Origin: a virus
Taxonomy: Duplodnaviria; Caudoviricetes
DNA: 64,000 nt
Strand: one strand, 5' to 3'
IMG/VR virus record: IMGVR_UViG_3300013121_000026
Span: 1-64,000 of that record
Part shown: positions 22,910-32,985 of the stretch, piece after piece
Position numbering within the stretch: position 1 is the stretch's first letter
How the letters are laid out: the number at the start of each line of letters is the position of its first letter
Made by a program: the position numbers and the translations under genes
Notes under the pieces: model-generated
The model's database searches: none
What the model was told of the DNA's origin: nothing
Seen by the model: the letters and a program-made list of their open reading frames with translations, nothing else

Positions 22910-22926
22910 GGAGCATTTGCGCTCCC
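22909..22926. terminator. Hairpin between convergent genes
   Basis: GGGAGC-loop-GCTCCC. Confidence 0.45.
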
Positions 22927-22933
22927 CGCCGTA

Positions 22934-23332
22934 TTAGAAGCTAAAATCGTAGTATTCGTTGCGTTCACCAAACAAAACACCTGACTGGGAATATGCCTTG
23001 TTCCAGCGTCCCGTCTTTTCGTTGTGAACAATTTCAACCCAGCTATTGGTCTTGTCGTTCCAACGAAAGTGAACGATTTGTCCACTAGGGTCTCGCTTGT
23101 ATTCGTATTCCTGGGATTCACACATTCCATTTTTGTCCGTCCGAATCGCCATATCGCGCTGAACAGAGACCGTGTGCTTCTTGTTAACCATCATCACACA
23201 AATTACAGTTGCAGCATGTCGGTCAGTCCAACCAAGCAGCGTTGCACCATCACCCTCTTTCGGCAAAACAAAGCCGTTTCGAGACATCATGTGGTTAACC
23301 AAACTGCCGGTTTGCGTCCCAAGCTTCATCAT
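22934..23332 (-). CDS. Conserved phage hypothetical protein
   Basis: GAT..GWTDR.A.T...YYDFSF; RBS GGAG; own TTGACA promoter. Confidence 0.75.
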   Translation of the reverse strand: MMKLGTQTGSLVNHMMSRNGFVLPKEGDGATLLGWTDRHAATVICVMMVNKKHTVSVQRDMAIRTDKNGMCESQEYEYKRDPSGQIVHFRWNDKTNSWVEIVHNEKTGRWNKAYSQSGVLFGERNEYYDFSF

Positions 23333-23427
23333 GTGCTTATCTCCTATTTGTTTTTATAGAATAACACATTTTCTAATAGTGTCAAGCGAATTTTGGTCAA
23401 AATTTCTAATTTATTGGATTATAACGC

Positions 23428-23455
23428 TTGACTACTAATTAAATCATGCTATCTT
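23428..23455 (+). promoter_or_regulatory. Host sigma70-type early promoter
   Basis: gcTTGACT...tgcTATCTT; near-identical copies at 28779 and 30599. Confidence 0.7.
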
Positions 23456-23573
23456 AACAGCATGAAACTTAGTTGAGCTGAGTAGGTAGGTAAACAAGAA
23501 CTAGGAAGCCTTGTTTGTGCTACCTGTGATCCAGAAGACGCCCAGTTTCAAACTCATAACTGAGGAAATTGAC

Positions 23574-23894
23574 ATGATTCTCAATAAAGAAAATATTGTT
23601 AATTTGCTTAAGAACAACGACAAGGCAGTTTCTCGTGCTTTGCTCGTTCTTAACTCCCGCCAAAATGTTGAGGAACAAAACGCAGAAGCTACGATTTATC
23701 ATAATAATCGTGGGTTTCGCCCTTGTCATGCCCGGATGGGAACATCAATGGCTAAGTTCTTTGAAAAACATGGTTTTTTGACGCCAAAGCAAGTTGCTTA
23801 TTGGCGCAAAAAAGACAAATCCGGTAATATGCGAATTGCAATTTACTGGAAACAGTTGATTGAACAGGCGAAAATTAATTTGGAAAAAAATTAA
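23574..23894 (+). CDS. Conserved phage hypothetical protein
   Basis: RQ..EQ...T..HN.RGF motif; RBS GAGG. Confidence 0.7.
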   Translation: MILNKENIVNLLKNNDKAVSRALLVLNSRQNVEEQNAEATIYHNNRGFRPCHARMGTSMAKFFEKHGFLTPKQVAYWRKKDKSGNMRIAIYWKQLIEQAKINLEKN

Positions 23895-23962
23895 AAATAG
23901 GGCTTGACATTATTAATTTCATCACGTATTCTTTCATTAGAAAATAAAACTGAAGGAGCTAG

Positions 23963-24670
23963 ATGATGACTACGTTCATTGAGACCCCTTGGGGAATGGT
24001 TAATGACACGGTTCCCCAGCCGATGTTTACTCCGGAACGCGAAACCAAGACGTTCGCTGAGCCTCATACTGTGATGACAAAAGAACAGCAACGGGCCAAG
24101 AATCTGGAACTGATTGGTGAAGCAAAAAAACAACCCGTGAACGTTATTAAAGAGGCGATTTCCCAGGCGATTGCTCGTCAAGGACACGAGGGAGTAATTG
24201 AATACACTGTATCAAATATGTACGGTGAGTTCCGGGTGTTTTCTACGCTAACTGTTGATGGAGAGTCGACTTACGATCTCGATATTAAAGAAGAGTGGGG
24301 CGGTGTTTCTTGGAAACAAAAGCCCACAGGAAAGTACTTCATTTCTGTTGGTAATTACGGCAGAAGGGAACGATTCAAGCAGCGGAAGGATGGCACTTTC
24401 CGGTATGATGATATTGCGAATGTTTTGATTCGCCGTGCTACTGAAAAGAAAAATGAACAGAAAAAGGCAGTAATTCGAGAAATGGGCAGACATCACGCGG
24501 AAAAACTTCGTGATGAGCTTGACGTTCGGGAATATGCAGGTGATTTTTCTATAACTTCGTCCTCGAGCGAGGAACATCCGATCTTGGTTAGCCTCAATAT
24601 CAAGAAGTGCATGAAGGCAGACGATGTTCGTGCGCTCCACAAGTTTCTTAAGGAAATGAATATGATCTGA
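23963..24670 (+). CDS. Hypothetical protein
   Basis: Promoter, RBS AAGGAG, terminator at 24671-24694. Confidence 0.7.
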   Translation: MMTTFIETPWGMVNDTVPQPMFTPERETKTFAEPHTVMTKEQQRAKNLELIGEAKKQPVNVIKEAISQAIARQGHEGVIEYTVSNMYGEFRVFSTLTVDGESTYDLDIKEEWGGVSWKQKPTGKYFISVGNYGRRERFKQRKDGTFRYDDIANVLIRRATEKKNEQKKAVIREMGRHHAEKLRDELDVREYAGDFSITSSSSEEHPILVSLNIKKCMKADDVRALHKFLKEMNMI

Positions 24671-24776
24671 GGGGGAATTAATTCCCCCACTTTTTAAAAA
24701 TAGGGCTTGACATCCTCTTAATAATCAAATACAGTGCCTACATAAAGTTTAACACAACCCAAAAGGAGACTATATT

Positions 24777-25022
24777 ATGCGTACCGGCACCCAGAAGGAA
24801 TACATCTTCAACTACGTCAGCGAAAATAAGAACACGCTGAACGCCAAGACCGACGTTCAGATGATCATGGACAAGTTCGGCATCAGCAAGAACAACGCCT
24901 ACGTCCAGTACCATGCGGCTCGGAAGGCGTTGGGGCTCCCGATCCGGGCTCGCCAGAGCAAGCGTGTTAGCGGTCGTGGCCCGGCGCGTGATGCCCGTGG
25001 TCGGTTTGTGAAGAAGCACTAA
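24777..25022 (+). CDS. Small basic protein with C-terminal RDARGRF motif
   Basis: GC3-rich codons, RBS AAGGAG, upstream TTGACA promoter. Confidence 0.7.
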   Translation: MRTGTQKEYIFNYVSENKNTLNAKTDVQMIMDKFGISKNNAYVQYHAARKALGLPIRARQSKRVSGRGPARDARGRFVKKH

Positions 25023-25063
25023 TGCTAACTTAGCTGGGTGGATGGGAAACTGTCCTGTCCACC

Positions 25064-25178
25064 CATAGCTAACATCAACAGTTGACAACAAAAATCTGTA
25101 TCGACGGTAATTAACAGCCGCATAGAATTTTGGGATAGCGCCCAGAATGTCAGTTAATAACTGTTGATGTTAGCTATG
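25064..25178. repeat. 20-bp perfect inverted repeat enclosing 75 nt (candidate sRNA)
   Basis: CATAGCTAACATCAACAGTT / AACTGTTGATGTTAGCTATG. Confidence 0.8.
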
Positions 25179-25501
25179 TGAAAGGTATTAAAATGCACAG
25201 AGGAAAGGACTATATTGTGAAAAAGGTCATCTGGAAGCAGGTACTTTCGTATAATACTCTTCAAGAAATTTGTGTCCCGAAGGGGGCCGAATTTCTCTGC
25301 ACAATGATCCAGAAAAACGACATCTGCATTTGGTTTTCTTGCGATCCCAGCCAGGAAAATGAGACCTGCCGAATCAGAATTATTGGAACCGGCTATGAAT
25401 TCAACGATGAAGGAGAACAATACCTAGGCTCAGTTATGCATGAAAGTGGCGATATATCGCTAGTTTTTCACATCTACTTGGTTGCTAGGGAACTACAATA
25501 A
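25178..25501 (+). CDS. Hypothetical phage protein
   Basis: P.GA..L...Q....W...GTG motif; start uncertain. Confidence 0.55.
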   Translation: MKGIKMHRGKDYIVKKVIWKQVLSYNTLQEICVPKGAEFLCTMIQKNDICIWFSCDPSQENETCRIRIIGTGYEFNDEGEQYLGSVMHESGDISLVFHIYLVARELQ

Positions 25502-25781
25502 AGGGCAATGGCCCAATTAATAGTTTCTTAATAAGTTGATCGTACAATGTGCATAGTATGGAGCAGGAGGTTACAATGCTTGACTTTGCAATTGGATTCG
25601 TTATAATCATGGCCGCTGTTGGCACCGCAGATCACAATGCGGAGATGCCTTTGGTTTGGATTGCAATGGGGCTATTGATTGGTTGCTCTTTTATTGGTCG
25701 CGCTATTATTAATTGGAATCAAGGATTGTGATGACGATAGAACAAACCCTCTATACACTGGGGATGGGTCTTGCAAGCTGA

Positions 25782-26318
25782 TTGGCGAACATATTGTATG
25801 GTGCTAAAATGAGAAAAATTGATTTTGAACAGATTAAATTGTTCCTGGAACAATGCGATGATAACACCAGGATTTATCTTGGTTGTGACAGCGAAAGATA
25901 TCGCAAAGCAGGGACCTGGATGGCGGATTACATCCGTGTAATTGTTGTTCACAAGGACGGCAATAACGGATGCCGTCTCTATGGCGAAGTGATTACCGAG
26001 ACGGACTTCGATCAAAAGAAGAATCGTCCGACGATGCGCCTAATGAATGAAGCATACAAGCTGAGCGAGCTGTATCATCGCGTAGTTCAGTTCTTCGTTG
26101 ACAACGATATTGTTCTGCCAATTGAAATGCACCTGGACCTTAACCCAGACAAGAAGCAGGTCAGCAACCACGTTGTCGATCAGGCAATCGGATATATCCG
26201 TGGTACCTGCAATATCACCCCAAAGATTAAACCTGAATCTTGGAGTGCCAGTTATGCAGCCGACAGATTCAAGGATGTTACAGAAAAGATTAAACAACGA
26301 GCGAAATTGGGCCTATAG
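25782..26318 (+). CDS. RNase H-like YkuK (DUF458) family protein
   Basis: IYLGCDS, RLMNEA, EMHLDLN, KP.SWSASYAAD. Confidence 0.85.
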   Translation: MANILYGAKMRKIDFEQIKLFLEQCDDNTRIYLGCDSERYRKAGTWMADYIRVIVVHKDGNNGCRLYGEVITETDFDQKKNRPTMRLMNEAYKLSELYHRVVQFFVDNDIVLPIEMHLDLNPDKKQVSNHVVDQAIGYIRGTCNITPKIKPESWSASYAADRFKDVTEKIKQRAKLGL

Positions 26319-26384
26319 TGTAATGGTCAGCACTAATTCCTCATAAGAATTACAGTCTTGGTTCAAATCCAGGTAGGCCCACCA
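26309..26384 (+). tRNA. tRNA with CAT anticodon (Ile2 or Met)
   Basis: Cloverleaf GGGCCTA/TAGGCCC, loop CTCATAA, CCA. Confidence 0.88.
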
Positions 26385-26403
26385 TTAAAATTACGAGGAA
26401 AAG

Positions 26404-28155
26404 ATGTTATCGTGTGAATGTGATTATGAACCAGAACCAGGAGATATCTGGTGGTATCAACCCAATGACTATACTAGTTACAGTTCTAAGCGAAGGACAA
26501 AATGTTGTTCATGTGGAGAAAAGATTTCAAAGGATGACCTAGTAACAGCATTCGAACGATACAAAGTTCCGGACACAGACATTGAAGTTAAAATTTATGG
26601 CGAAGATGGCGAAGTCCCAAGAGCTTATTGGTATATGTGTGAAAAGTGTTCGGATATTATGTTTAGTTTGTCCGAATTGGGATTTTGCATAGACATTCGG
26701 CAAAAAATGCAAAATCTATTAAAAGAATACCACGATGTATATGGAGTTAAATAATGTATTGGATGTTTGACACAAGAAGTCGTGGTGACAGTGGAACAAT
26801 GTCACAAGCCTATTGGTTTGATAATGGTGAAGTTAAGGTTGAAGAAAACGCTCGCCCAAGAGTTGGAGTTGTTATGCGAGTAGGATCTCATTATGCTAGA
26901 TCCTTTCAACATCAGGATTGGTGGCAAACAACAATGATTACTGAAATTGTCAGTGAAACTGACAATGAAATTGTTTTTAAAACAAAAAATTCAACTTATA
27001 CTTGGAGAAAATTGTGATATGTTAATTTTGGCTTATGTTGCTGTGTTTGTTGTGTTTGTTGCTATTGTGGCATGTATTTTATCTTTGCTATTTATAGTTT
27101 CAGTTTTTGGTGCTTGGATACTCGTGCCAATTGGTTTTTTGGTTCTCATACCCGCAACCCATTGGGCACTAAATGTCATTGAAAAAAGTTGAACTAATTG
27201 CTGCGTAGGAGAATCAAATGACAAAAGAAAATTTTGCAAATATCGTCGTTACTGTATTTGGTATTGTACTCGCATTAGGTATGATATTTTCTTTGGGCGG
27301 AATGATATGGTCTATTTTTATGGTAGCAGGATGGGTAGGCTTATTGGTAGTTACAGTAGCAATAGCTTTAATAATACTACTTGTTTGGGCAGTTGATAAT
27401 TGTGGGTATTAAAATGTCTTTGGATAAATTTATCTACTATCTTGCTAATACATTTCTAATGATTTTTTATAGCGCACTATTTGTGATCGGTCTATTAATA
27501 ATTATTTCACTGGTCACTAACTCATGGCCAGCTATTATTTGGATTGGGCTGGTATTCCTAGTGTTTCTTTTGGTTGCGCTTGCAAGTGATTATGTTGACG
27601 AATACAGGAAAAATAATGAATCGAGGAAGGATCTGTAATGGAAATTTTGTTAGGCATCATCGTAATCATTGTCACATTTGCTATTGCCTTTTTTACAGAA
27701 ATTAATAACATGGATCAGATTTTTAAAGAACAAGAATTAGAACTTCGAAAACACTTTAACGAGCTAAGAAAGGATTTGTAATGGAACATATTACTGGTAT
27801 TGGGCTAACAGTAGGATTCATTCTAGCGGCAGTGGTCTTTGCTTTAAGAAAAGCATACGTTTGGAAATGCGATTCTGTTTTTGAACGCAGAACAGCAAAG
27901 GAAAAATATGATAATTATCTCAGAAATTTTCCGCTAAACAAAATTTCATTATATCTTTACGGAAAAACCTTTCCTGCTACCAGTGAAGAAATTTTGCTGA
28001 TTAGCTCTTATGTTGAGCGCAACTATACAATGATTAATCATTTATCAGATAAATTCAGTAAACTACAAGAGCGGATAAATACACTTGAGAAGAAACTTGC
28101 TGCAAAGGAAAACAATGAAAATAAATCCGCTAGTCGTAGACGTAAGCCATCATAA
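26404..28155 (+). CDS. Cluster of small hypothetical ORFs (one Cys-rich, several TM)
   Basis: Coupled ORFs at 26404, 26754, about 27019, 27218, about 27414 and 27781. Confidence 0.5.
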
Positions 28156-28735
28156 TAACGTAGTCAGTTTTGAGCGAGTATATAATGCTGGTATCCGAGG
28201 GATAATTAATAAGTCAACCCAAGGAACCAGCATGGTTGATAAATCCTATGCATTGAGACGCCAGAAAGCTCTTGATGCAGGATTATTATGGGGTGCATAT
28301 CATTTTGCTGATGGGTCAGATCCCAAAGAACAATTTGATCATTTTTTGGAAACAGCAGAGCCTGATGAGAACACGTTAATGTGTCTTGACTGGGAGCCAT
28401 ATAAGAGTGTCATGTCACTTAAAAGTGCCAGAACATTTTTAGAATATGGCGCAGACAAGCTAGGAAGAAAACTTGTGCTGTACAGTGGCAATCAAGCTAA
28501 GGAACAATTAGGAAAAAAGAAAGATGAGTTCTTTGGTAGCCATCGCTTATGGCTATGTCAATACGGACCCAAGCCTGTTTGTCAAGCATCATGGGATAAA
28601 CCATGGCTGTGGCAATTCACTGATGGAAAACTAGGACCAGTACCTCATAAAATTGATGGCATAGATGGGTCTGGCATAGATATTAACAGTTTTGATGGTA
28701 CTGTAGAGGAGCTCAAAACTAGCTGGGCTTCATAG
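28115..28735 (+). CDS. GH25 muramidase (endolysin)
   Basis: VDVSHHN, K.TQG, GAYHF, LDWE, W.LWQFTD, DIN. Confidence 0.9.
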   Translation: MKINPLVVDVSHHNNVVSFERVYNAGIRGIINKSTQGTSMVDKSYALRRQKALDAGLLWGAYHFADGSDPKEQFDHFLETAEPDENTLMCLDWEPYKSVMSLKSARTFLEYGADKLGRKLVLYSGNQAKEQLGKKKDEFFGSHRLWLCQYGPKPVCQASWDKPWLWQFTDGKLGPVPHKIDGIDGSGIDINSFDGTVEELKTSWAS

Positions 28736-28778
28736 CTAACCCATTGAAAATACACCAGTTTTTTACTAAAAAAAGAGC

Positions 28779-28806
28779 TTGACTATTAATTAAAACATGC
28801 TATTAT
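28779..28806 (+). promoter_or_regulatory. Host sigma70-type early promoter
   Basis: gcTTGACT...tgcTATTAT. Confidence 0.7.
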
Positions 28807-28844
28807 CCTTATGTTACTAAGTTAACACACAAGGAACTTACACA

Positions 28845-29006
28845 ATGAGCAAGAGCTGGCGTGATAAGAATCAGTGGCATGATCGCCCCACTGAAAACAA
28901 CGAAAAGAATCTCCGCAAGTATCGGAAGGAAAAGCGACAGGTTCAGACGTCAAACGATGATTTTGACGTGATGAACACGATTATTCCGGAAGAATGGGAG
29001 AACTAA
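28845..29006 (+). CDS. Small protein MSKSWRDKN (53 aa)
   Basis: RBS AAGGA downstream of promoter; paralog at 52552. Confidence 0.6.
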   Translation: MSKSWRDKNQWHDRPTENNEKNLRKYRKEKRQVQTSNDDFDVMNTIIPEEWEN

Positions 29007-29216
29007 AGTGAACGAGTTCGAACTTCGCCGTGAGCGCATCATCGAAACTGTTCTGGATCGGTTTGTAGCAACAAATATCGGCAATCGAGAGCTTGAACAG
29101 AACTACGAAATGATTCTGGAGCTTGTTACTGATGCTGTTGATGATAGCTACGATCAAGAATATGATGATGGTTTGTGGGTCTGGAGTGCTCTCCAACAAC
29201 TCTAAGGAGATTTAAT

Positions 29217-29801
29217 ATGGGTACCGTGATTTATAGTTCTAATAACAGCGGCGGACGTTGGTGGCTTACTGATGAAGATTGGAAGGCACTCGAAGCAGCC
29301 GGATGGATTGTGGAATGGTGCAAAAATCCATGTCTTATGTCGGATGACAATGATAAGATTGTTGAAATTTCGTACCCTGACACATTTCGAGCACCTAAAG
29401 AACGTTGGTTAGGCGCTCTAGCCACCAGAGCATTTAAAACGAATTGTAATACCATAGCTGAAGCAGTTGATGAGTGGGAAAATATTACCAAGAAGGACTC
29501 CACGAAAATGGGTTGTTCTTGTTGCGGTCAACCGCATTACTTTGAGCTTTATGTTGATGGATCACTGGTTGATGGCGGTCCCAAGAACTATGATAATGTT
29601 AGCGCTAAATTTATAACCATTCGTCCTGCGCCGAAGAAGCGCATTCAAGGGTGGATTGTTATTAATCATGGTGATCACGGACAGCTTCGTATTCTACCTG
29701 CAATCTATGGAAGCAAGGAACTTGCGCAAAAATATGCGGACAGTCGAACATCTGCTATCACTTACATCGACACCGAAGAAGGTAAATGGGATTTAAAATG
29801 A
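29217..29801 (+). CDS. Hypothetical phage protein
   Basis: YSSNNSGG.WWL..GCSCCGQPH motif; RBS AAGGAG. Confidence 0.65.
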   Translation: MGTVIYSSNNSGGRWWLTDEDWKALEAAGWIVEWCKNPCLMSDDNDKIVEISYPDTFRAPKERWLGALATRAFKTNCNTIAEAVDEWENITKKDSTKMGCSCCGQPHYFELYVDGSLVDGGPKNYDNVSAKFITIRPAPKKRIQGWIVINHGDHGQLRILPAIYGSKELAQKYADSRTSAITYIDTEEGKWDLK

Positions 29802-30199
29802 CAATTAACAAACAGATCAAAATCATCCTCACTGAAATTCTTAAACAGACAACTTTGGAAATTACTTTTACTAAGGTTAATGGTGAAAACCGAACAATGC
29901 GCTGTACATTGCAGTCAAAATATCTTACAGAAACGCATGGTACTACCACACAGAAACCGGATGATTTGCTCGCTGTTTTTGACAACGACAAAGAGCAATG
30001 GCGGAGTATGAAAATTGAATCAATTACTAATATTAAAAATCAGGGCGAATTTAATATTTCGGTCAATATCGATCCGTATACAGTTACAATGTCTCCGATT
30101 AGCATTGTTGCTAGTAACGACAGTTCAGTTTATAGTGCAGGGACTGACGAAAATCTTATGGTATCAATCAAAGACGTGGTAAATTATATTAATGTGTGA
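29798..30199 (+). CDS. WYL_2/SH3-like beta-barrel protein
   Basis: F.K.NGE.R.M.CTL...VFD.....WRS. Confidence 0.75.
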   Translation: MTINKQIKIILTEILKQTTLEITFTKVNGENRTMRCTLQSKYLTETHGTTTQKPDDLLAVFDNDKEQWRSMKIESITNIKNQGEFNISVNIDPYTVTMSPISIVASNDSSVYSAGTDENLMVSIKDVVNYINV

Positions 30200-30598
30200 C
30201 ATTTGCGGCGATAGAAAATTTATTAATGTTCTTCCTGCTGTTGGTAGTATTAAAGTGTATCCATGCCCGGAATGTTCCGAAGTTGGTTCACCAGAACTGC
30301 TTTCCTTTAGAATGACACTCAGTCAAGAAGATTTTGTTTTAAACGAAAACGATGCCTGGAATATCCTGATGCATCAAGCTAAAAATGCTATTATTAACAA
30401 AATCTTTGAGGACAAGATGTACGAGGCATCAATTAATACGGATCCAATGACCTTTGGAAACATATTAAATTTTCAAGTGCTCGTTCATCCAGGACCACAC
30501 ATTAAAGCATTGCGTCTGGGTAAACAGACGGTTCTTTTTAATAATGTCCCAAACGATTATCGCCTAAATATGCTAAGAACATTAGTTTAAAATATCGC

Positions 30599-30626
30599 TT
30601 GACTATTAGTTAAATTCTGCTATTCT
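30599..30626 (+). promoter_or_regulatory. Host sigma70-type early promoter
   Basis: gcTTGACT...tgcTATTCT. Confidence 0.7.
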
Positions 30627-30658
30627 ATAAAAGTAACGCAAACATAGGAGTAGATATT

Positions 30659-31045
30659 ATGGGCCTTGATATGTACTTGATGACGCGAGCGAAGAACAAG
30701 TATGCTGTGGAAAACAGCGAGCTCAATTACAACGAAATTGGCTATTGGCGGAAAGCCAATGCGATTCACAAGTGGTTTGTTGACAATGTTCAGCAAGGCA
30801 AGGACGAATGCCAAGTGAGCAATGTCAGTCGAGATCAACTGCAAAAGCTCTTGGAAGTTGTTAATACCGTGCTTAATAATCAAAGCAAAGCAACGGAATT
30901 GCTTCCGCCGCAGAAAGGCTTTTTCTTCGGATCTCAGGAAATCGATGAATGGTATTTCAAAGATCTCAAGGATACCAAAGTATTTGTTGAAAATGCCCTG
31001 AAATTGGATGAGAACTGGGATATCTTTTATCAATCCAGTTGGTAA
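30659..31045 (+). CDS. Conserved phage protein (MGLDMY...YWRKAN...GFFFGS...YQSSW)
   Basis: Recognisable widespread phage family; RBS AGGAG. Confidence 0.8.
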   Translation: MGLDMYLMTRAKNKYAVENSELNYNEIGYWRKANAIHKWFVDNVQQGKDECQVSNVSRDQLQKLLEVVNTVLNNQSKATELLPPQKGFFFGSQEIDEWYFKDLKDTKVFVENALKLDENWDIFYQSSW

Positions 31046-31053
31046 ACTGCAAC

Positions 31054-31084
31054 AAAAGTCCCGCTTTAATTGGCGGGACTTTTT
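31054..31084 (+). terminator. Intrinsic terminator
   Basis: AAAAGTCCCGC-loop-GCGGGACTTTT. Confidence 0.8.
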
Positions 31085-31523
31085 ACCAAAAATATTTTCA
31101 TAGAAACACAAAAATAACATTTGACTTTCCATAAATAGCATTGTATAAAAGTTAAAGTTAAATAAAACGCAAGGAAAAAGTTTTGCATCTACAGGAATAC
31201 ACAAAAATTCATTGTTCGGATCAATGGTATCCGATGCCTGTATTTGCGCGTAATACAAGCTCATAGGCTTGGGTTTTAGGACCCTCGCCTAGTAAAGGTT
31301 GAGGGTGGTTAAGTTAAATTTCCCTCAACATAGTATGTGATTTTGGTGACTAGCTGATCTGGCCCACGAAGGACATCCAGCAGCAGCCCACACGGGAAAG
31401 CGGCTTAACTGTACGCCACGTGACAATCATATATTAAAAAAGAATTAGAGTTCCCTAGTACCTGGGGAAAGAAGTTGGTCCGCTGGCCTTTACTTTTAGG
31501 CGAACACAGGTACACTAATTTAT

Positions 31524-31559
31524 TCCTAGGTAGCTCAATTGGTAGAGCCCTCGGCTGTT
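31524..31559 (+). pseudogene. tRNA-Asn 5' half, ending at the GTT anticodon
   Basis: TCCTAGG acceptor strand, D arm, CTCGG-CT-GTT; partner half at 32184. Confidence 0.8.
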
Positions 31560-31590
31560 GAATACACAGTTTTACGATTCACAAATGCAA

Positions 31591-31664
31591 TGCCTAGTAG
31601 TTCAACTGGTAGAACGCACGCCTGTTAAGCGTTGAGGTTGTAGGGTCGGAGCCTACCTAGGCAG
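31591..31664 (+). tRNA. tRNA-Asn(GTT), nested inside the split tRNA-Asn
   Basis: TGCCTAG/CTAGGCA, loop CTGTTAA, G73; no encoded CCA. Confidence 0.85.
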
Positions 31665-32069
31665 CATTTGCTCAAAATCATCTACTAGTAAAACTAATTC
31701 TTGATAACTTATTGACGAACTAGTTTTCTTTTTATTAGCAAGTGTCCTAAATAAAGATTCTTTTTGTTTTGTCCTAGATTCTTTAGATCTCAGTTTATTA
31801 TTAAAACTTGCATTACAAGATCTACTACAAAATTTAATAGAATATCCATCATAAGATAATATTTTATTACATTTTAAACAATAATTTGGATTAGCATAAT
31901 AATCATTTAAATTTTTACATTTCTTTTTTACTTCGAATGTGCTGGTTGCTTCACAAAAATACTTAGTAATGGGCTTTTGAATTTTAGTACTATGTGCTCT
32001 TTGATGACCGGATAAAGAATATTTTGAATTAAACTCTCTATTACATAGATGACATTTAAACTTGTTCAT
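31653..32069 (-). pseudogene. Zinc-finger protein, probably a truncated homing endonuclease
   Basis: C2H2 finger and CxxC..FCSRSC motif, no nuclease domain; RBS GGAG; minus-strand TATAAATA at 32157-32164. Confidence 0.6.
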
Positions 32070-32183
32070 GTATTACTCCATAAATAGTAGGTGGGACAGC
32101 TCGGTTGACTCCATAACTGAGTTGTTGATTACTGAAATTAATCAACTAACCACATTTATTTATAAATTAATCCATTTTAGCGT

Positions 32184-32221
32184 CCGAGTGGTTGGGGGAT
32201 CGTGGCCCTCTCTAGGAGCCA
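32184..32221 (+). pseudogene. tRNA-Asn 3' half with CCA
   Basis: CCGAG anticodon strand, T arm, TCTAGGA-G-CCA complementary to the 31524 half. Confidence 0.8.
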
Positions 32222-32414
32222 TTTCGAGAGCGAGTTAGGTGTGGAAAGGGAATTGTTTTGGAATCGCCATCGTGCGCGCCGCCATTAGTGTATGGTCATA
32301 GATCAATGACAACACGTGGCGGATACAAACTTAATTTCCTTCCAACCTGCTAACTCGGTAGCCTTTTAAAAAAGGAGCAACTAACACGAGGCGTCAGAAC
32401 ACGCCTACTCGAAA
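32222..32414 (+). ncRNA. Candidate structured ncRNA (long rod plus two hairpins)
   Basis: Closing TTTCGAG/CTCGAAA; CGAGTTAG/CTAACTCG rod; GC-rich and non-coding. Confidence 0.5.
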
Positions 32415-32568
32415 ATAGGTATCTAGCGGGTGACTGTTCATCGAACCGTAATTTTACAAAAATAATGAACTCAATTTTTGTATTCTAGATACCTATTCTA
32501 AATTAAAGCTGGCCCATTTCATGACGCAATGTATTTGGGTGTGAATTAGACCAGCTTTATTAATTTAA

Positions 32569-32645
32569 CCTCCGTTCGCCTGGTGGTAAGGGTACGGGAT
32601 TTTCACTCCCGGACATCGTGGATTCGACTTCCATACGGAGGACCA
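32569..32645 (+). tRNA. tRNA-Glu(TTC)
   Basis: CCTCCGT/ACGGAGG, CGGGA-TTTTCAC-TCCCG, CCA. Confidence 0.85.
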
Positions 32646-32985
32646 GATACTAGTTGACATCAACAAAAACTAGTGTATATTGCAGATGAGAGTTAGCTAC
32701 TAGGAGTGCTTAGAACGTCTAGTCAGAATGCTAATACTCTGAGGCCAAACTGTGATGTCTCATATTTTAGGTACGTAAGTATAGAAGTGACTGGTACAAC
32801 TTAGCTACCTTTGGCCAAAGGTCGAAATGCTAAGATGGGAGCAAGACGTGATGCTCGTTAGAATGCGGTTGGTTACCCTAAATAACCCATGTTAGACACG
32901 GTTATCTAACTTAGATTGCATTAGGCGAGGGTGCAATTGAATTCCAAGCTAAACAATTCGTTTAGTTAGCTCGCCTCGTTTTTAG

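Noticed and set aside
31560-32183. Group I intron in tRNA-Asn
   Set aside because: No recognisable P/Q/R/S core; no U|...G splice junction restores a 7-nt GTT loop; the interior is a tRNA plus an antisense ORF
32222-32414. RNase P RNA
   Set aside because: The 3' CAGAAC segment is reminiscent, but the GAGGAAAGUCC P4 strand is absent
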